A stretch of 55,922 bases of DNA from a bacterium (GTDB lineage: Bacteria > JACRDZ01 > JAQUKH01), in the NCBI GenBank assembly GCA_028719205.1, contig JAQUKH010000015.1, forward strand, positions 1 to 55,922, read 5' to 3'. Positions 20,401 to 28,903 of the stretch are shown here, piece after piece. The notes beneath the pieces are model-generated. The model had not been told where the DNA came from. It was given only the letters and a program-made list of their open reading frames with translations, and did not search any database. A program made the translations under genes and the position numbers. Positions within the stretch are counted from its first letter, which is position 1. Each line of letters starts with the position of its first letter.

Positions 20401-20788
20401 ATCAAAAAAACAATGGGAAAAAATTCTTAACATAAACAGTCAGGATAGTGAAGCGCTTAATTATATAAAAATGATAAATGAAAAATTAGCGTCGGCTAAG
20501 ATCAGTGAAGAAGAGTATTTTATTCCTCTCCTTTCGGAAGGCGTTAGTTATTATACTAAAGGGGAATATGAAAACGCGAAACAAAAATTTTTAAAAGCTA
20601 ATGCTTTAAATAATACTTCGGCTGTGGTTCATAAATATCTTGGGAAGATCTACTTTAAAAACAAAGAATATGATAACGCGATCAGCGAACTGAAAAAATC
20701 GTTAGAACTTGATCCTAATCAGCCGGAAATAGAAAATACTTTAATCAAGCTGCATACGGGATACACCGTGTTTAAAGGATTGGACTAG
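17471..20788 (+). CDS. Large membrane-anchored TPR-repeat protein
   Basis: About 5 N-terminal hydrophobic helices, then many TPR units (NNLGYIY, AYQKLGEIF, AYYGLGVIY, ALKYLGLVY). Confidence 0.85.
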   Translation: MDNSIHYWKEKLIIAASLIIFNFLIIAKLFYFIADTTLLFIGPQTNSIFQFFVYVLLTIFIPGIVISLGIFICILIYYIFIRSLWLIDAEDSNILGKRANDIYLFSFNVLTKILIFITLFSLVNVVLFIILGGELGYYRIYTFYLNNPNNLIYFVAFLITNLFFIESESILSKRLNLPAIFPSKRKEVEGKKININILFKYYFNNILLIVVINLILVTSIQFIGGMANQLNLKAQTISENGFSVDPLIKVEVAIKGVTNTGRENTIPIYLGRMNRLYQNAEQEFASGNYLTTINLLQKELDMNSNFSIAVYSDRMYPWLSKMLSNKISNSGLFLKDSLTDSLENIEYAEDVEKMGKDAELINKDKFKEYFFIPLAMNDELKINIWRNARGEYSQVFKKSELLNISRSHINKKIGDCFLLLGNYASAKDYYIQAVDKNSYYLEVKNNLGYIYMKENSFNKAEHEYKDILNIKPNYYLASINLGNLYLNNGQIDQASNILQTINLESGMSQKDKIFYYQVLAEVFYKKGEFNEAGKKYSKALKIDPYYYPASIGLARIYWEKGKFTAAKKIYENILKKYDIALAYIGMAKYYVQQKDNNKAMEFYNKAINLGNDYEAVREGFIGIGDLFAGKGNLTEAENYYNKAISIDPYNYSAYQKLGEIFFNAKKWESAKNNFLKAIEMFPQNEEVQKHLEVAYKNISKETQAKYEKIVEKEKAGKDKEKLIYSYKNLGWIHLGNGNYEGALKSFDQAIAVNPDYIEALQGKGMLFLKTEKYNEAEKIFQKIIGINKSYASAYVGLGIVNIKHNEINKAIENLEYVMKLNDADAKIQSCLELGGLYYGQGNYALARNKFLQANTFNKDIPEAYYGLGVIYEVKKLYNNAIIEFRKAIYLKPDYTQAKDGLKRVTSLILERTNKKVISSPENIEKENFYKTIEFAINKGELEKTQNSLLEILDETPADTKALKYLGLVYLQKKMFAESKKQWEKILNINSQDSEALNYIKMINEKLASAKISEEEYFIPLLSEGVSYYTKGEYENAKQKFLKANALNNTSAVVHKYLGKIYFKNKEYDNAISELKKSLELDPNQPEIENTLIKLHTGYTVFKGLD

Positions 20789-20789
20789 C

Positions 20790-22652
20790 CTAGTTATTTT
20801 TCTGTAAGATTTCAAGCTTTAATTTAGCTTTTTCTGTCCATTTCCTGTCAGAAAAAACAGATATAAATTTATTGAGGTTATCAATAGCCTTCGTTTGTTC
20901 GTGTCTTTCACTATAAGCATCTGCCAGGCTGTAATAGGGCGGCGCGAAGTTTGGATTTATTGTTATGGATTGAATGAAATTTTCAATAGCTGTTTCACTC
21001 TGACCGGATAACTCATAATTCAAGCCTAAATTAAAACAGATAATTTCCGAATTTGGAAAAAATCCCTGGGCATTTTTCAGTACTTCAATTGCCTTGGAAT
21101 AATTTCCCTGTAATGTATAAGCCTGACTTAAATTCAGCCAGGCATTCAAATTATCGGTTGTGATAGAAAGAAGATTTTCATATTCGCTGATCGCGATAGA
21201 AAAGGCTCCTAATTGATAGAATTTATTTGCTATTTCAGCAATTAGATTTAAATTTTTATGGGAAGATTTAAAATAATTTTCATAACCTTTAATCATAACA
21301 TTAAAATTATCAATATCAGTTGAAAGTTCTTCGATCTTTTTGCTTGCAAGGATAAAATTCGGGTCGATCTCAATAACTTTTTTATATTGCTCCAACGCGG
21401 CCTGGATCCAGCCGTTTTCTTCATATAAGATACCGGTATTATAATAAGTCATGATATTTTGGGGATCATTCCCGGTTTTATCTTTTATTTGTTTATAGGC
21501 TTTTGAGAAATCATATATTTTGAGATATGTCAGGTCATGTGTAGTAGTTGTTACCTTAATAACATTATTTTTAGATTTTTCAGAGGAATAGTATTTAAAA
21601 AGAGCAGAAATTGAAAACACAATGAAGAATAAGATCAACAGCCAGCGGATCAGCCCCTTTCTTATAAGGGATCCGGATGGCGAGGGTAATTCTTTTTTTT
21701 GTGTTTTTTCTTCAGTTACATCTAATTTTTTATCAACGACAAAATTAGCAAAATTAATAAATATTTTCGCGAAATCACTGTTATATTCTGCTGTTTGTAA
21801 CCTATGCCCATATTGATAAGATAAATATTCAATCTTACGGTTATCTAAATTTGCTTCATAGAAAAACATTTCTTCTTTTGAACATTCATGGCATTCAATA
21901 AGGATTAAGTAGGGGTGAAGAGATAAAAAATTATTATTTTTACTTGTTTGTGACGGCGGTTGTGTTTTTGATGTACTGGAATATGTTGAATAAAGTATCA
22001 GCTGATGGTCGGGAAGAGGTATTTCCGCGTTAATTAATTCTTTTTTAAATTCAGGATGCGGGCCCATACAGTTGGAAGCATTAAAAATAAATTTTCCAGA
22101 TTTAAAACCGATACTATTAATGGTGATAAGTTGATAATCTTTCAAAAAAACCAGATTTTCCATAAGAGAGATAATTAAAGGGTATAATTCATCTATCAGA
22201 TTTTTATAAGCTCTGGGAGAAAGGGTTATTCCATGACCCTTGTTCTTATTTCTTATTTCGATAATACTTTCAATGATCTCCTTATTTTTAGATCCGGTCC
22301 CGTTCGGACCGAAATAAAATAAAGTAAATTGAGGAATGAAAGGCATTATATTTTCTTTTTTAAAATATAACATTATTTCCTGAAAAATATGATACCAATG
22401 GCCTATTGACGGGCGGTATTTATTAAGCATGAAATCTATACTGGTTTCTTTTTGTCTATTCCTGATATAATCAGAGATCATAATAATCGTATTGTATTTC
22501 AGGATGCATTCATACAGATCTATAATGCGGTTAAATTTCACAGCTTCTTCATTAGTATTCTGCATTATTCTGAATGAATATGCCAATGGGAACGGGAATT
22601 GATTTATCCAGCTATCGGGTTTCTCTAATAGGTTTGATTTTAATGTTTCCAT
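20790..22652 (-). CDS. HEPN-like N-terminal domain + transmembrane helix + TPR repeats
   Basis: RPSIGHW and IRNKNKGHG motifs, CxxC, TM helix WLLILFFIVFSISALF, C-terminal TPRs; ATG 22652 chosen because a promoter sits between it and the upstream ATG 22730. Confidence 0.75.
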   Translation of the reverse strand: METLKSNLLEKPDSWINQFPFPLAYSFRIMQNTNEEAVKFNRIIDLYECILKYNTIIMISDYIRNRQKETSIDFMLNKYRPSIGHWYHIFQEIMLYFKKENIMPFIPQFTLFYFGPNGTGSKNKEIIESIIEIRNKNKGHGITLSPRAYKNLIDELYPLIISLMENLVFLKDYQLITINSIGFKSGKFIFNASNCMGPHPEFKKELINAEIPLPDHQLILYSTYSSTSKTQPPSQTSKNNNFLSLHPYLILIECHECSKEEMFFYEANLDNRKIEYLSYQYGHRLQTAEYNSDFAKIFINFANFVVDKKLDVTEEKTQKKELPSPSGSLIRKGLIRWLLILFFIVFSISALFKYYSSEKSKNNVIKVTTTTHDLTYLKIYDFSKAYKQIKDKTGNDPQNIMTYYNTGILYEENGWIQAALEQYKKVIEIDPNFILASKKIEELSTDIDNFNVMIKGYENYFKSSHKNLNLIAEIANKFYQLGAFSIAISEYENLLSITTDNLNAWLNLSQAYTLQGNYSKAIEVLKNAQGFFPNSEIICFNLGLNYELSGQSETAIENFIQSITINPNFAPPYYSLADAYSERHEQTKAIDNLNKFISVFSDRKWTEKAKLKLEILQKNN

Positions 22653-22804
22653 TAGTAAGGGAATATAACATTTATATAAAAAAAAGTCAATAATATTAAA
22701 AGCTTTTGGCAGGCTAATTTCATTTTTCAATTGAATATTTTCTCAATGGAGTTATAATTGATTCAATTAATATGTTTTTAAAATAAAAAATAGGAGGATT
22801 CAAA

Positions 22805-23092
22805 ATGGATATGGTTAAAAAATTAATTATGGCGGGTTTGGGAGCTGCTGCTCTGACTGAAGAAAAAGTTTCAAAGATTGTTGATGAACTGGTTAAAAAA
22901 GGAGAAATTTCTGAGCATGAAGGCAAGGGCGCGGTAAAGGGTATTTTGAGCCAGGTTGAAGAAAATAAAAAATTTGTTGAAGAAAAGATCCAGGAACATA
23001 TGGATATATTTTTGAAGAAAGCGAAAATCGCGACACTTGCGGATGTGGAAAAACTTGAAAAAAGAATTGAAAAATTAGAAAAAAATAAATAA
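22805..23092 (+). CDS. Phasin-like / polyhydroxyalkanoate synthesis regulator family coiled-coil protein
   Basis: KKLIMAGLGAAALTEEK...VDELVKKGEIS...ATLADVEKLEKRIEKLE; family commonly found next to ubiB; AGGAGG SD. Confidence 0.82.
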   Translation: MDMVKKLIMAGLGAAALTEEKVSKIVDELVKKGEISEHEGKGAVKGILSQVEENKKFVEEKIQEHMDIFLKKAKIATLADVEKLEKRIEKLEKNK

Positions 23093-23118
23093 TATATTTA
23101 AGTCGAAAGGTAAACTTT

Positions 23119-24804
23119 GTGAATATAAGCGAGACCTACAGCAATATAGGGCGTGTCCGCCAGATAATTAATGTTCTGATAAAACATGGTTTTGGTCAAA
23201 TAGTATCATATTTACATCTGGATAAATACCTTTCATTTGGAAAGAGATTTTTTGGATTAAAGATCGAAAAATTGTCTGAAAAAGAGATAGATCTTTCTCC
23301 CGCGGAGCGCCTCACGCTGGTTTTAGAGGAATTAGGCCCCACTTTTATTAAATTCGGGCAGATCATGAGTACCCGCCCTGATTTGATGCCCCTGGATTTT
23401 GTTGAAGCTTTTACAAGGCTTCAGGACAGGGTTAAACCTTTCAGTTATGAAGAAGCCAAAAATATAGTTGAAGGTGAATTAGGCCAGCCGATCGAGAAAT
23501 TATTTAAAAGTTTTGATAAAGAGCCGATCGCGGCCGCGTCCATTTCTCAGGTCCATTACGCGACGCTGAATACAGGCGAAGAGGTAGTTGTAAAGATCCA
23601 GCGGCCGGGAATACAGAAGAATATTCTTACGGATATTCGCATCCTTTATATGATCGCTAATTATATTGATAAAAGATTAGGCGATGATAAATTATTTGAG
23701 CCGTTATTGCTGGTTGAAGAATTTGATAATTCGATACGCCGGGAGTTGGATTTTGTCATTGAGGCAAGCAATACGGAAAAATTGCACAATAATTTTAAGG
23801 ATGATCCCAATATCCGGTTTTCTAATGTATGGTGGGATTATACTACATCGCGTGTGCTGACGCTTGAGAGGCTATCCGGTTTTAGAATAGATGATGACGA
23901 GAAATTTAAGCAATATAAAATTGATAAGGGAAAGCTGGCTGAAAAAATAATTTACGCGTATCTTAAACAGTTTTTCGAAGACGGATTTTTTCATGCTGAT
24001 CCTCATATGGGTAATATTCTGATATCGCCTGAGGGAAAAATCCTTGTTCTGGATTGCGGGATGGTCGGATACCTCCACAGGGAACTGAAGGAAAATTTCG
24101 CGCAGGTATTTGTCGGTATTGTTACACGCGATTTTGAAAAATTAGTGGATGCTTATATAAAGCTTGGTATGATGACTCAGCCTATTGATTACGTTTCTTT
24201 TCATAAAGACATTGTCGCCTATATGGAGAGGCATTTGGATGTTCCTATAAAGCAATTTAAGATTTCTGAAGTTTTTATGGATACTCTCGCGAATGCGCAA
24301 AAATACAAGATACGTGTAAATGTTGATTTTTTACTTTTAATGCGGTCTTTGGCGATACTTGAGAATATTTCAAGAAAACTTAAACCTGATATGAACATTC
24401 TTGAAATAACCAAACCGTATGCCTTCGACCTGTTAAAGAAAAAGTTCACTTTTAAAGATATAAAGGGAGGATTGCTAAAATTAGTTTTTGATTTGACAGA
24501 TACGTCCCGTGAGTTTCCAAAACAAATAAAACAGATCCTCCGTAAAGTTCAGACCGGAGGTTTGAGATTTGAAATCACAAACCCGATGGATAAAAAGATC
24601 GAGGCGGGTATGGAACGGCTCGGAAACAAGATTTCTATAGGTATTATTATTGCCGGGCTTGCTATCGCGTCAGGTATTGTTTTACAGAATTCGACCGCGC
24701 CGGCTTTATTCGGCATACCGCTGCTCACGCTTCTTGGTTATTGCGGTGTCGGGTTTATAACCATATTCTTAATCGTATCCATCATAAGTTATAATAAGGG
24801 TTAA
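23119..24804 (+). CDS. ubiB: AarF/UbiB (ABC1) atypical kinase family protein
   Basis: ELGPTFIKFGQIMSTRPD, AAASISQVH, VVVKIQRPG, FFHADPHMGN, LDCGMVG; two C-terminal TM helices. Confidence 0.92.
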   Translation: MNISETYSNIGRVRQIINVLIKHGFGQIVSYLHLDKYLSFGKRFFGLKIEKLSEKEIDLSPAERLTLVLEELGPTFIKFGQIMSTRPDLMPLDFVEAFTRLQDRVKPFSYEEAKNIVEGELGQPIEKLFKSFDKEPIAAASISQVHYATLNTGEEVVVKIQRPGIQKNILTDIRILYMIANYIDKRLGDDKLFEPLLLVEEFDNSIRRELDFVIEASNTEKLHNNFKDDPNIRFSNVWWDYTTSRVLTLERLSGFRIDDDEKFKQYKIDKGKLAEKIIYAYLKQFFEDGFFHADPHMGNILISPEGKILVLDCGMVGYLHRELKENFAQVFVGIVTRDFEKLVDAYIKLGMMTQPIDYVSFHKDIVAYMERHLDVPIKQFKISEVFMDTLANAQKYKIRVNVDFLLLMRSLAILENISRKLKPDMNILEITKPYAFDLLKKKFTFKDIKGGLLKLVFDLTDTSREFPKQIKQILRKVQTGGLRFEITNPMDKKIEAGMERLGNKISIGIIIAGLAIASGIVLQNSTAPALFGIPLLTLLGYCGVGFITIFLIVSIISYNKG

Positions 24805-26237
24805 TTGCCCATTGTTTCCGCGATCTTTTGCGCGGTCAATTCCGAGTTATGGATGCAATCGGCAATTCCAACCCCTCGTAAATAATTTCCGTTAAAAATA
24901 AGGCCGGGATGATTTGCCGCTAATTTTTCGATTTTTTCGACTGTTGTTTCATGGCCTATGACATATTGCGGCATGCCTTTTTTCCAACGGTATGCTTTTT
25001 GAATTACCGGTTCCGCGGAGATACCCATTATCGCGTTCCATTCGCTCAGAACAGTTTCAATTAATTCTTTTTCCTCTAAGTCAGCCATTTTTTCATTCGC
25101 CGCGCCGCCTAAAAAGCCCCGCAGGAGGACGTAATCTTTGTCACAGCGATGGGAGAATTTCGATGAGGTCCAGGTAGTTGCCATGATCTTTCTTCTTTCG
25201 GTCTTTGGAACCAGGAAACCAAATCCATGAAGAGGATGTTTTATATCTTTTCTTTTGAAGCCGACTGAAACAGTTGCCGCTGAAACATAAGGGAAGTTCG
25301 AAAGAATAGATGAAAGTTCATTGTCTAAATTTTTAACAAGTTCCGCAGCGGCGTAAGCGGGGGTAGTAAGAATAACTGTATCAATATCTTTCATGGTAAA
25401 AACATCGGTTTTAATCTCATAAGATATTTTATCCCCGTTTGTGATTTTGTTAATTGACAGGGCATTATTTTTTATCATGATTTTTGTATTGTCCAAAAGA
25501 TTTAATTTTAACGTGTCTATTAACTCTATTAAACCTTCCTTTAATGTCATAAATAATGTCAATTTAGGTTCGCCGGTTTCCGGTTTTTTTGTAAACTTTT
25601 TAGCTTCATCCATTCGCGCGATCATTCCTTTTATAAGTGAGCCGTATTTTTGCTCCATCTCAAGAAACCTGGGGAAGGTGTTTTTTAAACTCATTGTTTC
25701 AGGATTTCCCGCGTGAATACCAGCAACCAGAGGTTCAGCGATCTTATCCAGTGCCTCCTGGCCCAGACGTCTCCGCACGAAACTTCCAAGTGTCTCGTCG
25801 GAACCGTCTTTTTTAGCAGGGATAAAAAGATCCATCCCCATTCTTATTTTTCCCGGCAAAGAAAATAATGGAGTTTCTAAAAAAGGTTTTATCTTTGTCG
25901 GTATCATTAACATAAGGCCTTCAGGCATTTCTATTAATTTTTTATTAACCAGTATAAACGTTTTCTTATTTTCTTCATTGGTCCCGACAACCTCTGCTCC
26001 TATTCCGAGTTCCCTGCATAATTTTAATGCCCACGGCTTTTCCGATATGAAACAATCAGGCCCGCCTTCAATAATAAAACCATTCTTGTTTAAAGTTGTG
26101 ATATTCCCTCCCAAATTGGTTTCTTTCTCAAAAATATGAATTTGGGCATCAATTTTTTTTGCTTTAAGGAATTTATTCAAATAATAGGCTGTCGAAAGCC
26201 CGCTTATACCGCCGCCAATGATTGCTATTTGTTTCAT
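24801..26237 (-). CDS. hemY: HemY-type proto/coproporphyrinogen oxidase (CgoX/PgoX)
   Basis: GGGISGL FAD motif, IEGGPDCF, EPLVAGIHAG, GFGFLVP, MPQYVIGH, GVGIADCI. Confidence 0.93.
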   Translation of the reverse strand: MKQIAIIGGGISGLSTAYYLNKFLKAKKIDAQIHIFEKETNLGGNITTLNKNGFIIEGGPDCFISEKPWALKLCRELGIGAEVVGTNEENKKTFILVNKKLIEMPEGLMLMIPTKIKPFLETPLFSLPGKIRMGMDLFIPAKKDGSDETLGSFVRRRLGQEALDKIAEPLVAGIHAGNPETMSLKNTFPRFLEMEQKYGSLIKGMIARMDEAKKFTKKPETGEPKLTLFMTLKEGLIELIDTLKLNLLDNTKIMIKNNALSINKITNGDKISYEIKTDVFTMKDIDTVILTTPAYAAAELVKNLDNELSSILSNFPYVSAATVSVGFKRKDIKHPLHGFGFLVPKTERRKIMATTWTSSKFSHRCDKDYVLLRGFLGGAANEKMADLEEKELIETVLSEWNAIMGISAEPVIQKAYRWKKGMPQYVIGHETTVEKIEKLAANHPGLIFNGNYLRGVGIADCIHNSELTAQKIAETMGN

Positions 26238-26262
26238 TTATTATCTTCCTTTCTTAAAAAAA

Positions 26263-26571
26263 CTATCCATATTTAAATGATACACCGGATCCGCCATGAG
26301 GATATTTCCAATCGATGTTGTCATGTGGACAGGCTATTTTGCAGGTACCGCACTCAAAACAGTTCTCAAAAGCAACATGGATCTCTCTTTTTGTTTCTTC
26401 CCAGGTATATGTAGTTACCGGACAGGCATAAGTACATTCTCGATTTTCACACTTCAGGCATTCCTGCCGGTCAATAATTTTAAGGTGCGGTTCCTTATCG
26501 GCATTTATTTTAGTAAGATAGATCTTATCCTCAAGGCTTAATTTTTTAGACTCTTTAAGGTTTACGCTCAT
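26263..26571 (-). CDS. fixX: FixX-type ferredoxin
   Basis: CLKC...CTYACP and CFECGTCKIACP; C-terminal WKYPHGGSGVSFKYG. Confidence 0.9.
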   Translation of the reverse strand: MSVNLKESKKLSLEDKIYLTKINADKEPHLKIIDRQECLKCENRECTYACPVTTYTWEETKREIHVAFENCFECGTCKIACPHDNIDWKYPHGGSGVSFKYG

Positions 26572-26590
26572 AGTTATTCCTTTTTTTATT

Positions 26591-27973
26591 CTACCAGTGC
26601 GTGGCTACAAAATCCTCTATTTTTTTGGAGAATCCGTAGTAGAATGATTTCATAGCGTTGCGTAATTGAACAATTTTGATTATAAAAGGGACAAATCCGA
26701 TCTCATAATTAAATTTGTTCATAATATTCTCTTCCACTATTTCTTTGGGAGTTTCAGATATCGTAAAGACTTCAGTAAGAACGGACGCGAGCCCTCCAGG
26801 CCATTTATTAAAAAGCTCAGGGCTGTTTTTTAAGACTTCAGGTACATCACTGTATTTTTTCATATCCTTAATTACAAAACTGTTTTCCAGTTTGTCTATA
26901 TAACTTGAGAGGGTAACAGAAGAAAAGTCATTTTTTCCTATTGCCTCAATAACGGTTTCCGCGGCCATCATTCCTGAAGCCATAGCAAGGCTTGAACCTT
27001 CATGAAGAGGTGAGGTGCTGATAAAACCGGCGGCATCGCCCACTAATAAGAACCCGTCTTTGAAAAGTTTCGGTATTTTTTTATAACCTCCCTCCGGGAT
27101 CATATGCGCGGAATATTCTAAAGTTTTACCGCCGCGAATCAAAGGTTTTATACAGGGATGCTCTTTAAAATGTTCAAGAATATCATTCGGATTGAGTTTA
27201 GCATTCATGATATCATTGATCACTACACCAATACCGATTGAAATGTTTGTTTTGTTGGTATAGATAAAGCCTGATCCGAATAAGCCTTGTACCGCGTCAC
27301 CATAGTATTCAAAGGCTACACCTTCGTTTCCTTCCAGGTGGAACCTGTCTTCAATTACATCTTTAGGCAGTTCAATGACTTCTTTAACAGCAATAGCCAT
27401 GGAATGCTGATCAAATTTTTCCCGCATTCCTTCTTTAAGGGCAATAGTGGAATTAGCTCCTTCGGCGCAAATGATCACATCCGCGAAGATCTGTCCTTCT
27501 TCCTTTGGAGTTCCCTCAGTGACCCTGGTTTGCACGCCGATCACTTTTCCATTTTTATCTTTTATGAGCTCATCCGCAACAGAATTACATAGAAGCATTA
27601 CTCCGGCTTTTTCAGCCTCTTCCGCGAACCATTTATCAAACTTTCCCCTGAGAACAGTGAATATATTATTATATGGCGGCCGGTTAAATTCATTATTTTT
27701 GAAACTGAAAAATATCTCTGACTCGGGTGTGAGAAGAGCAAAACACCTTTTAGGGATATTTCTTTCAACCGGAGCGCCTTTTTCCAGGAAATCAGGCATG
27801 ATCTTATTCAATATTGTGGTAAATATAACTCCGCCCATTACATTTTTTGAGCCGGGATAATTTCCCCTTTCTAAAAGAACAACGTCTTTGATCCCTCTTT
27901 GCGCTAAAGTCAGGGCGGCAGTAGTTCCCGCGGGGCCGGCACCGATAACGATAACACTAAATTTTTCTTTCAA
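26591..27973 (-). CDS. fixC: FixC-type FAD-dependent oxidoreductase (ETF:quinone oxidoreductase-like)
   Basis: GAGPAG, ERGNYPGSKNVMGG, LRGKFDKWF, EYSAHMIPEGG, LLVGDAAG; TTG start with GGGAG SD. Confidence 0.9.
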   Translation of the reverse strand: MKEKFSVIVIGAGPAGTTAALTLAQRGIKDVVLLERGNYPGSKNVMGGVIFTTILNKIMPDFLEKGAPVERNIPKRCFALLTPESEIFFSFKNNEFNRPPYNNIFTVLRGKFDKWFAEEAEKAGVMLLCNSVADELIKDKNGKVIGVQTRVTEGTPKEEGQIFADVIICAEGANSTIALKEGMREKFDQHSMAIAVKEVIELPKDVIEDRFHLEGNEGVAFEYYGDAVQGLFGSGFIYTNKTNISIGIGVVINDIMNAKLNPNDILEHFKEHPCIKPLIRGGKTLEYSAHMIPEGGYKKIPKLFKDGFLLVGDAAGFISTSPLHEGSSLAMASGMMAAETVIEAIGKNDFSSVTLSSYIDKLENSFVIKDMKKYSDVPEVLKNSPELFNKWPGGLASVLTEVFTISETPKEIVEENIMNKFNYEIGFVPFIIKIVQLRNAMKSFYYGFSKKIEDFVATHW

Positions 27974-27985
27974 GGTTATTCTCCC

Positions 27986-28903
27986 TTAAACATACATTTT
28001 AATTAATTCTTTTAAAGATTCAATAAAAATCGGATTTACATTCAAAGAAGGTGTTCTTCTGAAATTTAGTCCGAGCTTTTGGGCTTCATTTTTATATATA
28101 ACATCAATATCATATAAAGTTTCAATATGGTCACAGATAAATCCTACAGGAACAAGCAGGACATTTTTTTTATTTGTGTCCTTGATCTTTCTTAAAACAT
28201 TAGATACATCGGGTTCCAGCCACTCTCCGGGGCTTGCGCCTTTACTTTGAAAAGCCAGGTGATATTTTGTAAAGCCTGTGTTATTTAAAATAGCTTCTAT
28301 AGTTTCTTTTATCTGTGATAAATACGGGTCGCCATCATCTATGAATTTTTTAGGAATACTGTGAACGCTGAAAATAATTTCAAGGTCTTTATCAGCGAAT
28401 TTATTTTTTTCTTCAATGATCAATTCACTGAATGCTTTTATAAAAAGAGGCTGTTTATGGTAACTTTTTATAAAAGTATAATTTATCTTATTATCAAATT
28501 CGGAAAAGCTTTTAATAAAATCATTAAGATATCCTTCCGTACTGATGCGTGAATAATACGGCGTCATCGGAAGAACTATTATTTTTACGATATTTTCTGA
28601 AATAATCTGTTTTACGGTATCAGCGATAAAAGGATGCCAATATCTCATTCCTACAAAAACTGAAAATATGTTTTCAGTTTTATTTAAGCTATCTTCCAAT
28701 GCTTTAGCCTGTTTTCGGGTTATTTCGAGAAGCGGCGATTTCCCGCCGATCTGTTCATAACGTTTTACGACTTCCTGTATTTTATCGGAAGGGATCCTCC
28801 CGCCAGTCACATTTTTAATAAACGGTTCAACCTCTTCAAAAGAAGCCGGGCCGCCAAAAGCTAAAAGTAAAACGGCTATTTTATTTTCTTTTACTGTATT
28901 CAT
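27986..28903 (-). CDS. hemH: Ferrochelatase (short, CpfC/HemH type)
   Basis: RYEQIGGKSPL, GMRYWHPFI, FSVHSIP, WLEPD, GFICDHIETLYDID. Confidence 0.95.
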   Translation of the reverse strand: MNTVKENKIAVLLLAFGGPASFEEVEPFIKNVTGGRIPSDKIQEVVKRYEQIGGKSPLLEITRKQAKALEDSLNKTENIFSVFVGMRYWHPFIADTVKQIISENIVKIIVLPMTPYYSRISTEGYLNDFIKSFSEFDNKINYTFIKSYHKQPLFIKAFSELIIEEKNKFADKDLEIIFSVHSIPKKFIDDGDPYLSQIKETIEAILNNTGFTKYHLAFQSKGASPGEWLEPDVSNVLRKIKDTNKKNVLLVPVGFICDHIETLYDIDVIYKNEAQKLGLNFRRTPSLNVNPIFIESLKELIKMYV

